NCBI GenBank assembly: GCA_018672285.1 | Contig: JABHGC010000234.1 | Span: forward strand, 1 to 54,880 | Source of the DNA: Methylococcales bacterium | Lineage (GTDB): Bacteria; Pseudomonadota; Gammaproteobacteria; JABHGC01 | Direction: 5' to 3' | Length of the DNA stretch: 54,880 nucleotides | Shown here: piece after piece, positions 42,581 to 51,067 of the stretch | How positions within the stretch are numbered: position 1 is the first letter of the stretch | Layout: each line of letters opens with the position of its first letter | Notes under the pieces: generated by a model | The model's input: the letters and a program-made list of their open reading frames with translations, nothing else | Database searches by the model: none | Told to the model about the DNA's origin: nothing | Translations under genes and position numbers: made by a program

Positions 42581-42612
42581 AAAGGGGCGGGTATTTAAAT
42601 ACCCGCCCCTTT
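42581..42612 (-). terminator. terminator after the M16C peptidase; perfect 32-bp palindrome
   Basis: AAAGGGGCGGGTATTT|AAATACCCGCCCCTTT, with an A run on the left that forms the U tract on the minus strand. Confidence 0.75.
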
Positions 42613-42642
42613 ATTGAAAGACTATCTTAAATTATTTTAGAT

Positions 42643-45579
42643 TTATGACTCAATTAAACTGTGTACCGTCATACCAAGATCACCAATGTCATCTAAGGTA
42701 GATTTGTTGGTGACAATTGCCGTACTGGCTTTATCAGCCGTTAAATAGGTTTCAGTCACACGTTTTAAATCGTCAATGGTGACTTTTAAAATCCGTTTTC
42801 GAGCAGCTTGCCTTTGCTCAGGTGTTCGACCAAACAAGGTTTCATGGAAAGCTTGTTGGGCTTCACCGTAAGGTGAGCTTGGCTTGTCTATGGAGCTAAT
42901 GACACCAAGAATGGCTTCCTCTAGCTGTCGCTCTTGATGTGTTTCTGATAGTAACCACTCAATGGAACGGTCAAAGTCTGTGAGTGTGCCTTCTACTCGA
43001 GGGTCACGATAAGAGTAAAAACGGAATGAAGCGCTACCAGAGTCATGGCTAGCACCACCACCGTATGCGCCGCCTTGTTCACGAACGGTTCGATGTAAAA
43101 ACCCATTCCGCAAAAAGCCACCAAGGACTGCTAGAGCTGACGAATCCGGGTGATCTACAGGGACTGTCGGGTAAGCTTTAGCACAGAAATTGACTTGAGT
43201 GCTGGTGACCCAAAGTTGTTGGGTGGACGTTCTCACTGGGTCTAAGGCAATGGGCTTAAAGCTGGCGTTAGGTTTATTTGTCCAAATATTCTCAAGTGTG
43301 GCAATAGCTTGGTTAGCCATGTCTTTTTCACCAACCAATAAAAATCGTTTTGGCGCATCAATCAGTTGTTGGTGGATATTTTTTAATTGCTCTGCAAAGG
43401 CATTTAAGGCAGCTTCATCAGAGAAAGATTTTTCTAATTCAACCAGTGACTTAATGCCAGCTAAACCACGTTGTTGGTGTGCAAGTTGGCAAGTCGGGCT
43501 CATGTTGCTGGAGGCGGCTAACATGGCTAAGCTGTGGCCACTATCGGTGACGCTTTGTTGCTTGCGAGCACTTATCTGAGACATGATTTCATGAATGCGG
43601 CTGGTTTCATCAAAGCGTGCATTAACAAATGTATTGTGAATGAGCTGGGATAAATCATCACTGTTTCTGTTTAAGGCCTTGCCTGATACAGTTAAGTAGC
43701 CACTGACATCTTGCTCATCATCAATTTTACCTCGAAGGGAAGTTGAAGCATGAATCCCTCCACTGATACTTGATTGAAGTTCTTGCATTTCAAGATAGGT
43801 TTTATCACCACAACCAAGCTCTGTAATGCAGGTGTTGAAGTAGGGCAATATGTGCTGCTCTTCTACCGAAAGGGCAGGTAAATCGGTGATGACTTGTTGG
43901 TAGACGAGGCCATTTGTGCCTTGTGCATAAAAATGTGTGTGGGCATTATGAATGCTTCCAGTGGCGATACTAACGGATTCCGGTACATCTTCTAGACCTA
44001 CTTTAGGTAGGTTTTCTGGGTCATCTTCTTGTTCTTGACGTGCTTTAAGTTGTTTGGCAATGCTGATGACTTGCTGTTTTTGTTCATCGGTCATTGCGGC
44101 TTTCATGGCGATGAGTTTGGCGCTTTCATCTTCCGTCATTTTCTTAGATAAAAGATTATCTGGCACCATTGTGATGGTTACCCGGTGTGGATTATCTAAT
44201 AGTTTCCGTTTAACCATATCGGTGACAAAGTCAGGGTTTTTAGTTTTTTCTCGTAATCTAACAAGGGCAGGCTCAATATCTAATAAGGCTTTAGGGTCAC
44301 CACGGTGAATAGCACCAGGCAATGCAGATAGAATCAGTTGCAAGCCATAAGGGTATCCTGCGCCGCCAATTTCACGCTGGCCAAGCTCTAATTGATGCAA
44401 CATAGCATCTACTCTTTCTTGGGCAATGCCGTCTTTAGCCACTTGTTCTAGAACATCATTGACCAATTTTTCAAAATCATCTGTCCTATCGGCTTCTGAG
44501 CCTTCAATACCACACATAAAGGCCATTTCTTTGTTGCTATCTTCAAGACCGCACAGTGGTGATGGAGAAGTACCAACATCGTTGCTTTCTAGTGCTTTAA
44601 GTAAAGGGGAGGCACTGTTGTCTAAGAGTAAGTTAGACATTAAATGGGCTTCGAGCAAGTCATCAATATTGGTGCAGTGGCCGAGCAACCAACTCATCAC
44701 AATGTGGGTCTTTTCAGCAGGATCATCATCTAGCGCGTAGTGTGTTGTGACTTGCTGTGGAGATGAATAACGCTTTTCATCATTGACATCAATGGTCTTA
44801 TTGAGGGCTTCAAAACGGCTTAATGCATTGTCTTCAAATACAGCTTGATGTTCCGCAGCGGTAATATCACCAAAGGTCATGAAGGTGGCGTTTGAAGGAT
44901 GGTAATGTGTTTTATAGAAAGCCAGCAACTCCTCATGGGACAAATCTGGAATGGCTGCAGGTTCACCACCACTGTTGTAGTGATAGGTATTGGTTGGAAA
45001 TAAGTGATGTGTCAGTGCTTGCCAAAGAGTGCTGGTGGGTGAACTCATTGCCCCTTTCATTTCATTGAAGACAACGCCTTTATATTCTAGTTCTGAATCT
45101 GCATTGTCGGCTTCAGCAAATTCAACACGGTGTCCTTCCTGAGCAAAATCTAAGGGATCTAAACGAGAAAAGAATACCGCATCTAAATAGACGTTGAGTA
45201 GGTTGTTAAAATCTTTACGGTTTTGGCTGGCGAAAGGGTAGGCCGTCCAATCACTACTGGTAAAGGCGTTCATAAAGGTATTCAGTGAACGCCGAATCAT
45301 CATGAAAAAGGGGTCGCGGACAGGATATTTTTCACTGCCACAAAGTGCTGTATGTTCTAAAATGTGTGCGACGCCTGTGTCATCCATTGGCATGGTTCTA
45401 AGCGCAACTAAAAAGACGTTTTCTTGGTTTTCTGCTGCAATGTGGTAGTGCATCGCGCCTGTTTTACGGTGCTGATATTCCTCAACCATAATATTGAGTG
45501 ATTCAATTTTTTGTTGGCTGACCCATTTAAATGCGGGGTGGGTACTGGGCGATTCTACCGGTGCGGTCATGGACGACAT
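42643..45579 (-). CDS. M16C (presequence protease/insulinase family) metallopeptidase
   Basis: GVAHILEH (HXXEH), RDPFF, FMNAFT, GVVFNEMKG, REQGGAYG, YRDP. Confidence 0.93.
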   Translation of the reverse strand: MSSMTAPVESPSTHPAFKWVSQQKIESLNIMVEEYQHRKTGAMHYHIAAENQENVFLVALRTMPMDDTGVAHILEHTALCGSEKYPVRDPFFMMIRRSLNTFMNAFTSSDWTAYPFASQNRKDFNNLLNVYLDAVFFSRLDPLDFAQEGHRVEFAEADNADSELEYKGVVFNEMKGAMSSPTSTLWQALTHHLFPTNTYHYNSGGEPAAIPDLSHEELLAFYKTHYHPSNATFMTFGDITAAEHQAVFEDNALSRFEALNKTIDVNDEKRYSSPQQVTTHYALDDDPAEKTHIVMSWLLGHCTNIDDLLEAHLMSNLLLDNSASPLLKALESNDVGTSPSPLCGLEDSNKEMAFMCGIEGSEADRTDDFEKLVNDVLEQVAKDGIAQERVDAMLHQLELGQREIGGAGYPYGLQLILSALPGAIHRGDPKALLDIEPALVRLREKTKNPDFVTDMVKRKLLDNPHRVTITMVPDNLLSKKMTEDESAKLIAMKAAMTDEQKQQVISIAKQLKARQEQEDDPENLPKVGLEDVPESVSIATGSIHNAHTHFYAQGTNGLVYQQVITDLPALSVEEQHILPYFNTCITELGCGDKTYLEMQELQSSISGGIHASTSLRGKIDDEQDVSGYLTVSGKALNRNSDDLSQLIHNTFVNARFDETSRIHEIMSQISARKQQSVTDSGHSLAMLAASSNMSPTCQLAHQQRGLAGIKSLVELEKSFSDEAALNAFAEQLKNIHQQLIDAPKRFLLVGEKDMANQAIATLENIWTNKPNASFKPIALDPVRTSTQQLWVTSTQVNFCAKAYPTVPVDHPDSSALAVLGGFLRNGFLHRTVREQGGAYGGGASHDSGSASFRFYSYRDPRVEGTLTDFDRSIEWLLSETHQERQLEEAILGVISSIDKPSSPYGEAQQAFHETLFGRTPEQRQAARKRILKVTIDDLKRVTETYLTADKASTAIVTNKSTLDDIGDLGMTVHSLIES

Positions 45580-45937
45580 CTCTTTTTATGAAAAATAATA
45601 GAACGGACAACTTAACATAGTCTGTTAGCAAGGTCTTGCCGGAATATTGAGGTGGTTTATTACTGGTATAACAGAGGGTTAATAGACCTTAAGTTAGTTA
45701 AGGTATTAGTAACCATTAGTCGGGAAAAATAACCAATTGATTTTACAGTAGGGCGTGAATAAAGCGCATTAATTCGTTGATTGCGTGTAATAAATTAGCA
45801 TATTTTAAAATTATCTAAAATGGGCTAGATGGAGGAAATCCCTAGTTAATCATGAAACTGAATAACACGATCGTAGATTTTCGTATATAATAAGTGCCAA
45901 TTCGATAGAAAAAAGAGAATATTGGGGAAAACACTGT

Positions 45938-46975
45938 ATGAATATTACCAGAGCATTGGTGGTCGATGATTCTAAGACGGCGCGTATCAGTCTTAAGAAA
46001 CAACTCCAAAACCGTGGTATTGAGGTGGATGTTGCTGAATCTGGTGAAGAAGCATTAAGCTATCTTCGTAGTTGTGAGCCACTATACCCTGATATTATTT
46101 TTATGGACATCATGATGCCTGGCATCGATGGCTTAGAAGCAACGAAGACAATCACTTCAACACCAGAAACATCAACCATTCCTGTTGTTATGTGTACTTC
46201 TAAGGACGACGAGCAGACCAAAATTGCAGCTCAAGAAAATGGTGCAATTGGTTTTGCAGTAAAACCCATTAAAGGCGATGAGCTTGAAAAGTCATTACAA
46301 ATGGCCAGTGAGCAAATTGCAGAACTAGACCAAGCACTAGACGCTGCAGATATGCTCGAGCCAGAAGTAGGGTCTGCAATTGCAGCCTCAGGTCCTGTAA
46401 CACTTTCTGCTCATGATATAGAAGCGATTACCGAGCAAGTGACCACCTTAGCGAATCGCATTGCTTCAGAAGTTGCGGAAGACATTGCCTCTAAGGTTAC
46501 AAAAACAACATCTTATTTGGCGATAGCACAAGCGAAACAATCTGCTGAAGAGATTGCCGCTAAGTCCGCTAAGGCGATAGCGATTCAAGTCTCGGAAAAA
46601 GAAGCGAGTGAACACGCTAAGGCGACTATTGAACAAATGACAGGCCAACTCGTGCAGCAAACAGTTCGTGAAGAAGTGGAAAAAGCACGCGCCAATATTC
46701 AAGCAGATCTCGCCAGCCACATGACGGCGTATTTGAAATCTGCACAAGTATCCGCTGAAATGCAAAATTCAGTACAGGATAAAGCCACTCATACCGCGAA
46801 AACAGTGGCACAACAAATGATCAAAGACAGCGAGCGTCGTTCTGAAGAGATTGCACATCTTGCGGCTAAATCAGCTGTTGGTGGTATCAAAGTATTAACC
46901 TATCTGTTTAGTTTAACTTCATTAGGCATCATCGGTTATCTTGCGGCTCAAGCTTTGGGCATGCTTAATCTCTGA
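45938..46975 (+). CDS. response regulator with a receiver domain, Ala-rich coiled coil and C-terminal TM
   Basis: LVVDDS, FMDIMMP..DG, MCTS, KP; hydrophobic C-terminus. Confidence 0.85.
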   Translation: MNITRALVVDDSKTARISLKKQLQNRGIEVDVAESGEEALSYLRSCEPLYPDIIFMDIMMPGIDGLEATKTITSTPETSTIPVVMCTSKDDEQTKIAAQENGAIGFAVKPIKGDELEKSLQMASEQIAELDQALDAADMLEPEVGSAIAASGPVTLSAHDIEAITEQVTTLANRIASEVAEDIASKVTKTTSYLAIAQAKQSAEEIAAKSAKAIAIQVSEKEASEHAKATIEQMTGQLVQQTVREEVEKARANIQADLASHMTAYLKSAQVSAEMQNSVQDKATHTAKTVAQQMIKDSERRSEEIAHLAAKSAVGGIKVLTYLFSLTSLGIIGYLAAQALGMLNL

Positions 46976-46996
46976 TACAATTTCAGCGAATAAATG

Positions 46997-47036
46997 AAAG
47001 GGGGTGGTTACTTAATGTAACCGCCCCTTTTTTTTT
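46997..47036 (+). terminator. rho-independent terminator
   Basis: GGGGTGGTTAC-TTAAT-GTAACCGCCCC followed by a T9 run. Confidence 0.8.
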
Positions 47037-47141
47037 GGATGAATGTTTGAGCAAACCTAGCGCACATTGTGAGGTAATACCTGAAACAATTAGTCAGTTT
47101 CCAGCTATAATTTAATCAATTTAGTTCCAATAAGGCTCATC

Positions 47142-48119
47142 ATGAAGCAACCTAAACGTATCGCTGTCACAGGTGCCGCAGGGCAAATAGCGTATTCATT
47201 GGTTTTTCGAATTGCCGCAGGAGAAATGCTGGGTAATGATCAACCGGTTATTTTACAACTTTTAGATATCCCCGAATCAGTAACCGCTTTACAAGGGGTG
47301 GTCATGGAGCTAGAGGATTGTGCCTACCCTTTACTTCAGCATGTCTCTGTTACAGCTGACCCCAACATTGGCTTTAAAGACTGTGATATCGCTTTATTAA
47401 TTGGCGCAAGGCCCCGCTCACCAGGCATGGAGCGTAACGATTTATTGGCTGCCAATGGCGAAATATTCAAAATACAGGGGCGTGCATTGAATGACCATGC
47501 AAACCCAAATGTTAAAGTGTTAGTCGTGGGTAATCCGGCCAATACCAATGCATTAATTGCAATGCATAATGCACCAGACTTAAAACCAAGCCAATTTACA
47601 GCGATGACACGCCTAGATCATAACCGTGCCTTGACCACACTAGCACAGAGAACAGGTCACATGGTGTCGGACGTGAGCCAGGTATGTGTTTGGGGTAACC
47701 ATTCCTCAACCCAGTACCCGGACATTAGCAATGCCTTAGTTGACGGGATTGATGCCACAACATTAATTCCTGAAAATTGGATAACGGATTCTTTTATCCC
47801 AACGATTCAGCAACGAGGGGCTGCGATTATGGCTGCTCGAGGTAAGTCGAGCGCGGCATCGGCAGGGTTTGCTGCGATGGATCATATTCATGACTGGATA
47901 AAAGGCTCGAATGAGTGGGTTAGTATGGTGGTGCCATCAGATGGTAGTTATGGTGTGCCTGAAGGTTTGATGTTCTCATTCCCTGTGAAGGTGAAGCATG
48001 GTGAGTATGAAATCATTAAAAACCTTGAGTTAGGTGAGTTCAGCCAAAGAATGTTGGATGAGACAACCGCTGAACTGCTGCAAGAACGAGAAGCCATTAA
48101 AGATTTATTAACGGACTAG
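47142..48119 (+). CDS. mdh: malate dehydrogenase (MDH1/cytosolic-like type)
   Basis: [48 protein letters not shown]. Confidence 0.95.
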   Translation: MKQPKRIAVTGAAGQIAYSLVFRIAAGEMLGNDQPVILQLLDIPESVTALQGVVMELEDCAYPLLQHVSVTADPNIGFKDCDIALLIGARPRSPGMERNDLLAANGEIFKIQGRALNDHANPNVKVLVVGNPANTNALIAMHNAPDLKPSQFTAMTRLDHNRALTTLAQRTGHMVSDVSQVCVWGNHSSTQYPDISNALVDGIDATTLIPENWITDSFIPTIQQRGAAIMAARGKSSAASAGFAAMDHIHDWIKGSNEWVSMVVPSDGSYGVPEGLMFSFPVKVKHGEYEIIKNLELGEFSQRMLDETTAELLQEREAIKDLLTD

Positions 48120-48122
48120 TGT

Positions 48123-48569
48123 ATGCCTATCACCCATAAAATTATCATGTGTAGCGCCTGTAATAGTGATGGCGTTACAACACCTCGGTTGATCGAATTA
48201 GAGGCGTTTAAACTGTGGCGCTATATGATGGAGAAATCTCATAATATTCAAATTGACGATTTACGTTTGGGTTTATGGATAGATTCAGACAGTTTTTATG
48301 AGCGAGAAGAAGTGCACGCTAGAAGTGGGGAAGTGGAAGCCGTCGACAGAATCTTATTGTCTATATTTGATGCTAAAAATGGTTTTTGTGAAACCATCAT
48401 GCGTTTTGCTAAGCAGTCAGAAACAGCTCAAGTTAGGCAAGTGTTAATGTCTCATGTCGCTGATAGCATTAAAGATGCAGGCGATGTAGATGTGGATGTT
48501 TTGCCCGGGTTTTGCGTGGTGAAACATGGCGCAGTTAATCAAATTAATTTAGGTTTATCTGGTCTTTAA
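48123..48569 (+). CDS. hypothetical protein, probably co-transcribed with mdh
   Basis: 148-aa ATG ORF 3 bp after mdh; CSAC near the N-terminus. Confidence 0.7.
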   Translation: MPITHKIIMCSACNSDGVTTPRLIELEAFKLWRYMMEKSHNIQIDDLRLGLWIDSDSFYEREEVHARSGEVEAVDRILLSIFDAKNGFCETIMRFAKQSETAQVRQVLMSHVADSIKDAGDVDVDVLPGFCVVKHGAVNQINLGLSGL

Positions 48570-48588
48570 TCAACGATAGTGCTGTGTA

Positions 48589-49035
48589 CTACGGCAGCTC
48601 GGGATTAAAAAATATCCCTTGAACTTGCTTAGAGGCAAAACCTGTTTCACCTAGGTTCCCGATTTTAGCGGTTAATTGTACCGTAAAAGCATCATAGCTT
48701 GTCACCTCGTCAATGGTTTGCACCGTGCATTGGTCAATGGTAATTTCAATGGTGCTAAATGGCGGGGGTAGAAAAAACGTTCTGTTCGCATTGCTAGTCA
48801 GTAGGTTGCAGCAAGCAGCCCCTGTACTGCTGCAAATACTGCCTGTGAGCTGTTGCACATTGGCTCTTGCCCATTCCAGGCCACTTTGTGCACCATAATC
48901 TACCCGGCTAGACAGCACGTTTAAGGTGGTACCCATTTGTAAGTTACCTGACACCTTCACCATAAAAGCGGCTAAAACGGACATAATCACCAGTAATAAA
49001 ATAGACCCCATCAAGGAAAATCCAGATTGCTTCAT
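48589..49035 (-). CDS. mshP: MSHA minor pilin, MshP-like
   Basis: Prepilin QSG|FSLMG lacking E5 (PilX type), GAQSGLEWA; last gene of the C-D-O-P order. Confidence 0.7.
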   Translation of the reverse strand: MKQSGFSLMGSILLLVIMSVLAAFMVKVSGNLQMGTTLNVLSSRVDYGAQSGLEWARANVQQLTGSICSSTGAACCNLLTSNANRTFFLPPPFSTIEITIDQCTVQTIDEVTSYDAFTVQLTAKIGNLGETGFASKQVQGIFFNPELP

Positions 49036-49922
49036 GGGCGCCCTTTTATTTTTACTTGGTTGAATACAGAGTATGTTTGTATCTCTCCCTGGTTGAGTGC
49101 TGGGTCTTGGTAGCTGTATGTTAGGTTGATGCTGACAGTACTACCAGAGACTGCATCTCCTTGAAGCTGAAATTGGCAATCGGTAATGTGGTTAGAGAGT
49201 AAACTACGCTCTGCTGGGTTATTACGACCAAGTAACTCAGCATCACTGCTCACCAAATTGGGCGTAATGGTGTAATCATGGTAGCGCTGTAAAGTGCCCG
49301 TTGTGGGATCGCAGATATAGGTGATGGGGGTATCGACAATATAAAAGCGCTGTTTTGTTGAAGCCTGAGGAAAGTTGAAATTCACGAAATTCAGTTGATT
49401 TGGGTTAATGGCAGGTAAGGCCGCCGTTATGGTGGTTCTATTGCTGGGCTGATAGGCATCTTGTAAGCCGGTGAGCGCAGGGTTTATGACCAAACAATCT
49501 GCAATACTATTTTCACACGCACTTGCGGCATTGCTTGTACTAATGCTATGGGCTGTACCGATGGGTGTTTCGGCTAAACCACTGGTGATATCAAAGCTGT
49601 TGTCATTACTGCTAAAATCTAAAATATCTTCTGTCGCTAAAGGGCTTAAAGCTGCCCGATATCGTCCTGAGTCACGCACATGGAGCAATTCTAAGCAGCG
49701 GTTATTGCAGCTTAAGCGAATGCTATTAGGCAGCGCTTGATGAATATCCTGACGTAAGTGGTGTAATGCAATGTCGGCATTACCGAGGGTGTTGACTCGG
49801 TTAGCAACATCATAGTAACCATCAAAAGCCGTTTTGATCATTTTTGCGCCTAGAGTGGCAATGATACTGGTGATCATAATGACCATCACCATCTCAATTA
49901 AGGTAAAACCTCGTTGCATCAT
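49032..49922 (-). CDS. mshO: MSHA minor pilin, MshO-like
   Basis: QRG|FTLIEM, DI..ALPNSIR, RFYIV..PITY.C. Confidence 0.78.
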   Translation of the reverse strand: MMQRGFTLIEMVMVIMITSIIATLGAKMIKTAFDGYYDVANRVNTLGNADIALHHLRQDIHQALPNSIRLSCNNRCLELLHVRDSGRYRAALSPLATEDILDFSSNDNSFDITSGLAETPIGTAHSISTSNAASACENSIADCLVINPALTGLQDAYQPSNRTTITAALPAINPNQLNFVNFNFPQASTKQRFYIVDTPITYICDPTTGTLQRYHDYTITPNLVSSDAELLGRNNPAERSLLSNHITDCQFQLQGDAVSGSTVSINLTYSYQDPALNQGEIQTYSVFNQVKIKGRP

Positions 49923-50395
49923 AGACTATCTGCCTTATGGCCAATGAGCGTGACATCTTGATTAAAATTACCATTGCCAATGGCCCAGCTATCATGGGTA
50001 ACGGTCACGGTAATGGTTTTCACAGGGATGTTGTTTAGCACACTGGCAGGATCGACCGCTACAGTGATGTTGAATGCCGACGCATCAAAGGGTGTACCTA
50101 GTGTGGCAACAAGACCAAGCTGATTGAGAGGGCCATTATTATCATTGATATTATTGAAGTCATCGACATCATTAAAGTTGGCTCGACCAGCAGGGTTAGC
50201 TGATTGGGTAAAATCTTTTTGTAAAATCTCATCTAAATAGGCGGAGGCGATATACAGTGCTTGATTGATAATAACAGGTTCAGCAGAGCGTTTGGCAGTT
50301 TGAGTAAACACTGAAAATAAACCTGTTACCCCAACAGCCACGACAACGATTGCAACCACCACCTCAATGAGAGAACTGCCTTTATTATGGTGCAT
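49919..50395 (-). CDS. mshD: MSHA minor pilin, MshD-like
   Basis: KG|SSLIEV, SAEP...QA..IA..YLDEI, R..FNDVDDFN. Confidence 0.78.
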   Translation of the reverse strand: MHHNKGSSLIEVVVAIVVVAVGVTGLFSVFTQTAKRSAEPVIINQALYIASAYLDEILQKDFTQSANPAGRANFNDVDDFNNINDNNGPLNQLGLVATLGTPFDASAFNITVAVDPASVLNNIPVKTITVTVTHDSWAIGNGNFNQDVTLIGHKADSL

Positions 50396-50873
50396 GAGCA
50401 AATCCCGTAAAGGCTTCTACTGTCACCGTATGATCTGCAATAGTCATCACAGAGGGGGTGCTGATCACACTATTGTTATTCACTTGCTTGGGTTGGCCTT
50501 TTTTGTCGAAGTAGAAGTCAAACAGACCGGTTATGGCGATGCCATTTGTGGGGGTCGCTTGCATAGGTGCTGCGGTTGCTGGGTGCTGAATTAAGGTATC
50601 CGCTGTGCTTAAGTGGCTCGTTGGCGTACAGACGACCCATTGGCGTATTTCATAGCCATTGTTACTGGCAACAACACGAGTATCGCATTCACTGCTGATG
50701 GCAAGCTTTTGAGCATAACGAATAGAGGAGAGTAAATCATCAACATACCCGCGTGCTTGGGTTGTGGTTTGTACATCCGAAAGGCGTGGCACAGCAAGTC
50801 CTGCCAAAATACCCACAATGACAATCACCATTATTAATTCAAATAAGCTAAACCCGGCCGCACCTTTCCTCAT
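50385..50873 (-). CDS. mshC: MSHA minor pilin, MshC-like
   Basis: AG|FSLFEL, IRYAQKLA, FD..G.P. Confidence 0.72.
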   Translation of the reverse strand: MRKGAAGFSLFELIMVIVIVGILAGLAVPRLSDVQTTTQARGYVDDLLSSIRYAQKLAISSECDTRVVASNNGYEIRQWVVCTPTSHLSTADTLIQHPATAAPMQATPTNGIAITGLFDFYFDKKGQPKQVNNNSVISTPSVMTIADHTVTVEAFTGFAHAP

Positions 50874-51006
50874 TTAAACAGTATCGGACAAAAAAGGGGA
50901 TAGGTGAATGTTAGAAGTGTGATTATGTGATCAAAGTTTGTTTTGTTCAGTTACTGTTAAGTTAGTGGGGCTAGACTGCTATTAAGGAAATCCACCCTTC
51001 CTTATT

Positions 51007-51058
51007 CATCATGGCGGCCTTCAGAGGGGGACAAGGATGTCCGTTAGCCGTCATGATG
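51007..51058. repeat. nested inverted repeat (REP-like element or terminator) downstream of the MCP gene
   Basis: CATCATGGCGGC...GCCGTCATGATG enclosing GGACA-AGGA-TGTCC. Confidence 0.45.
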
Positions 51059-51067
51059 TTTTATTTA

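Noticed and set aside
50880-50910. sigma28 promoter for the msh cassette
   Set aside because: A TCCGATAC -10-like element is present on the minus strand, but there is no TAAA -35 at the right spacing.
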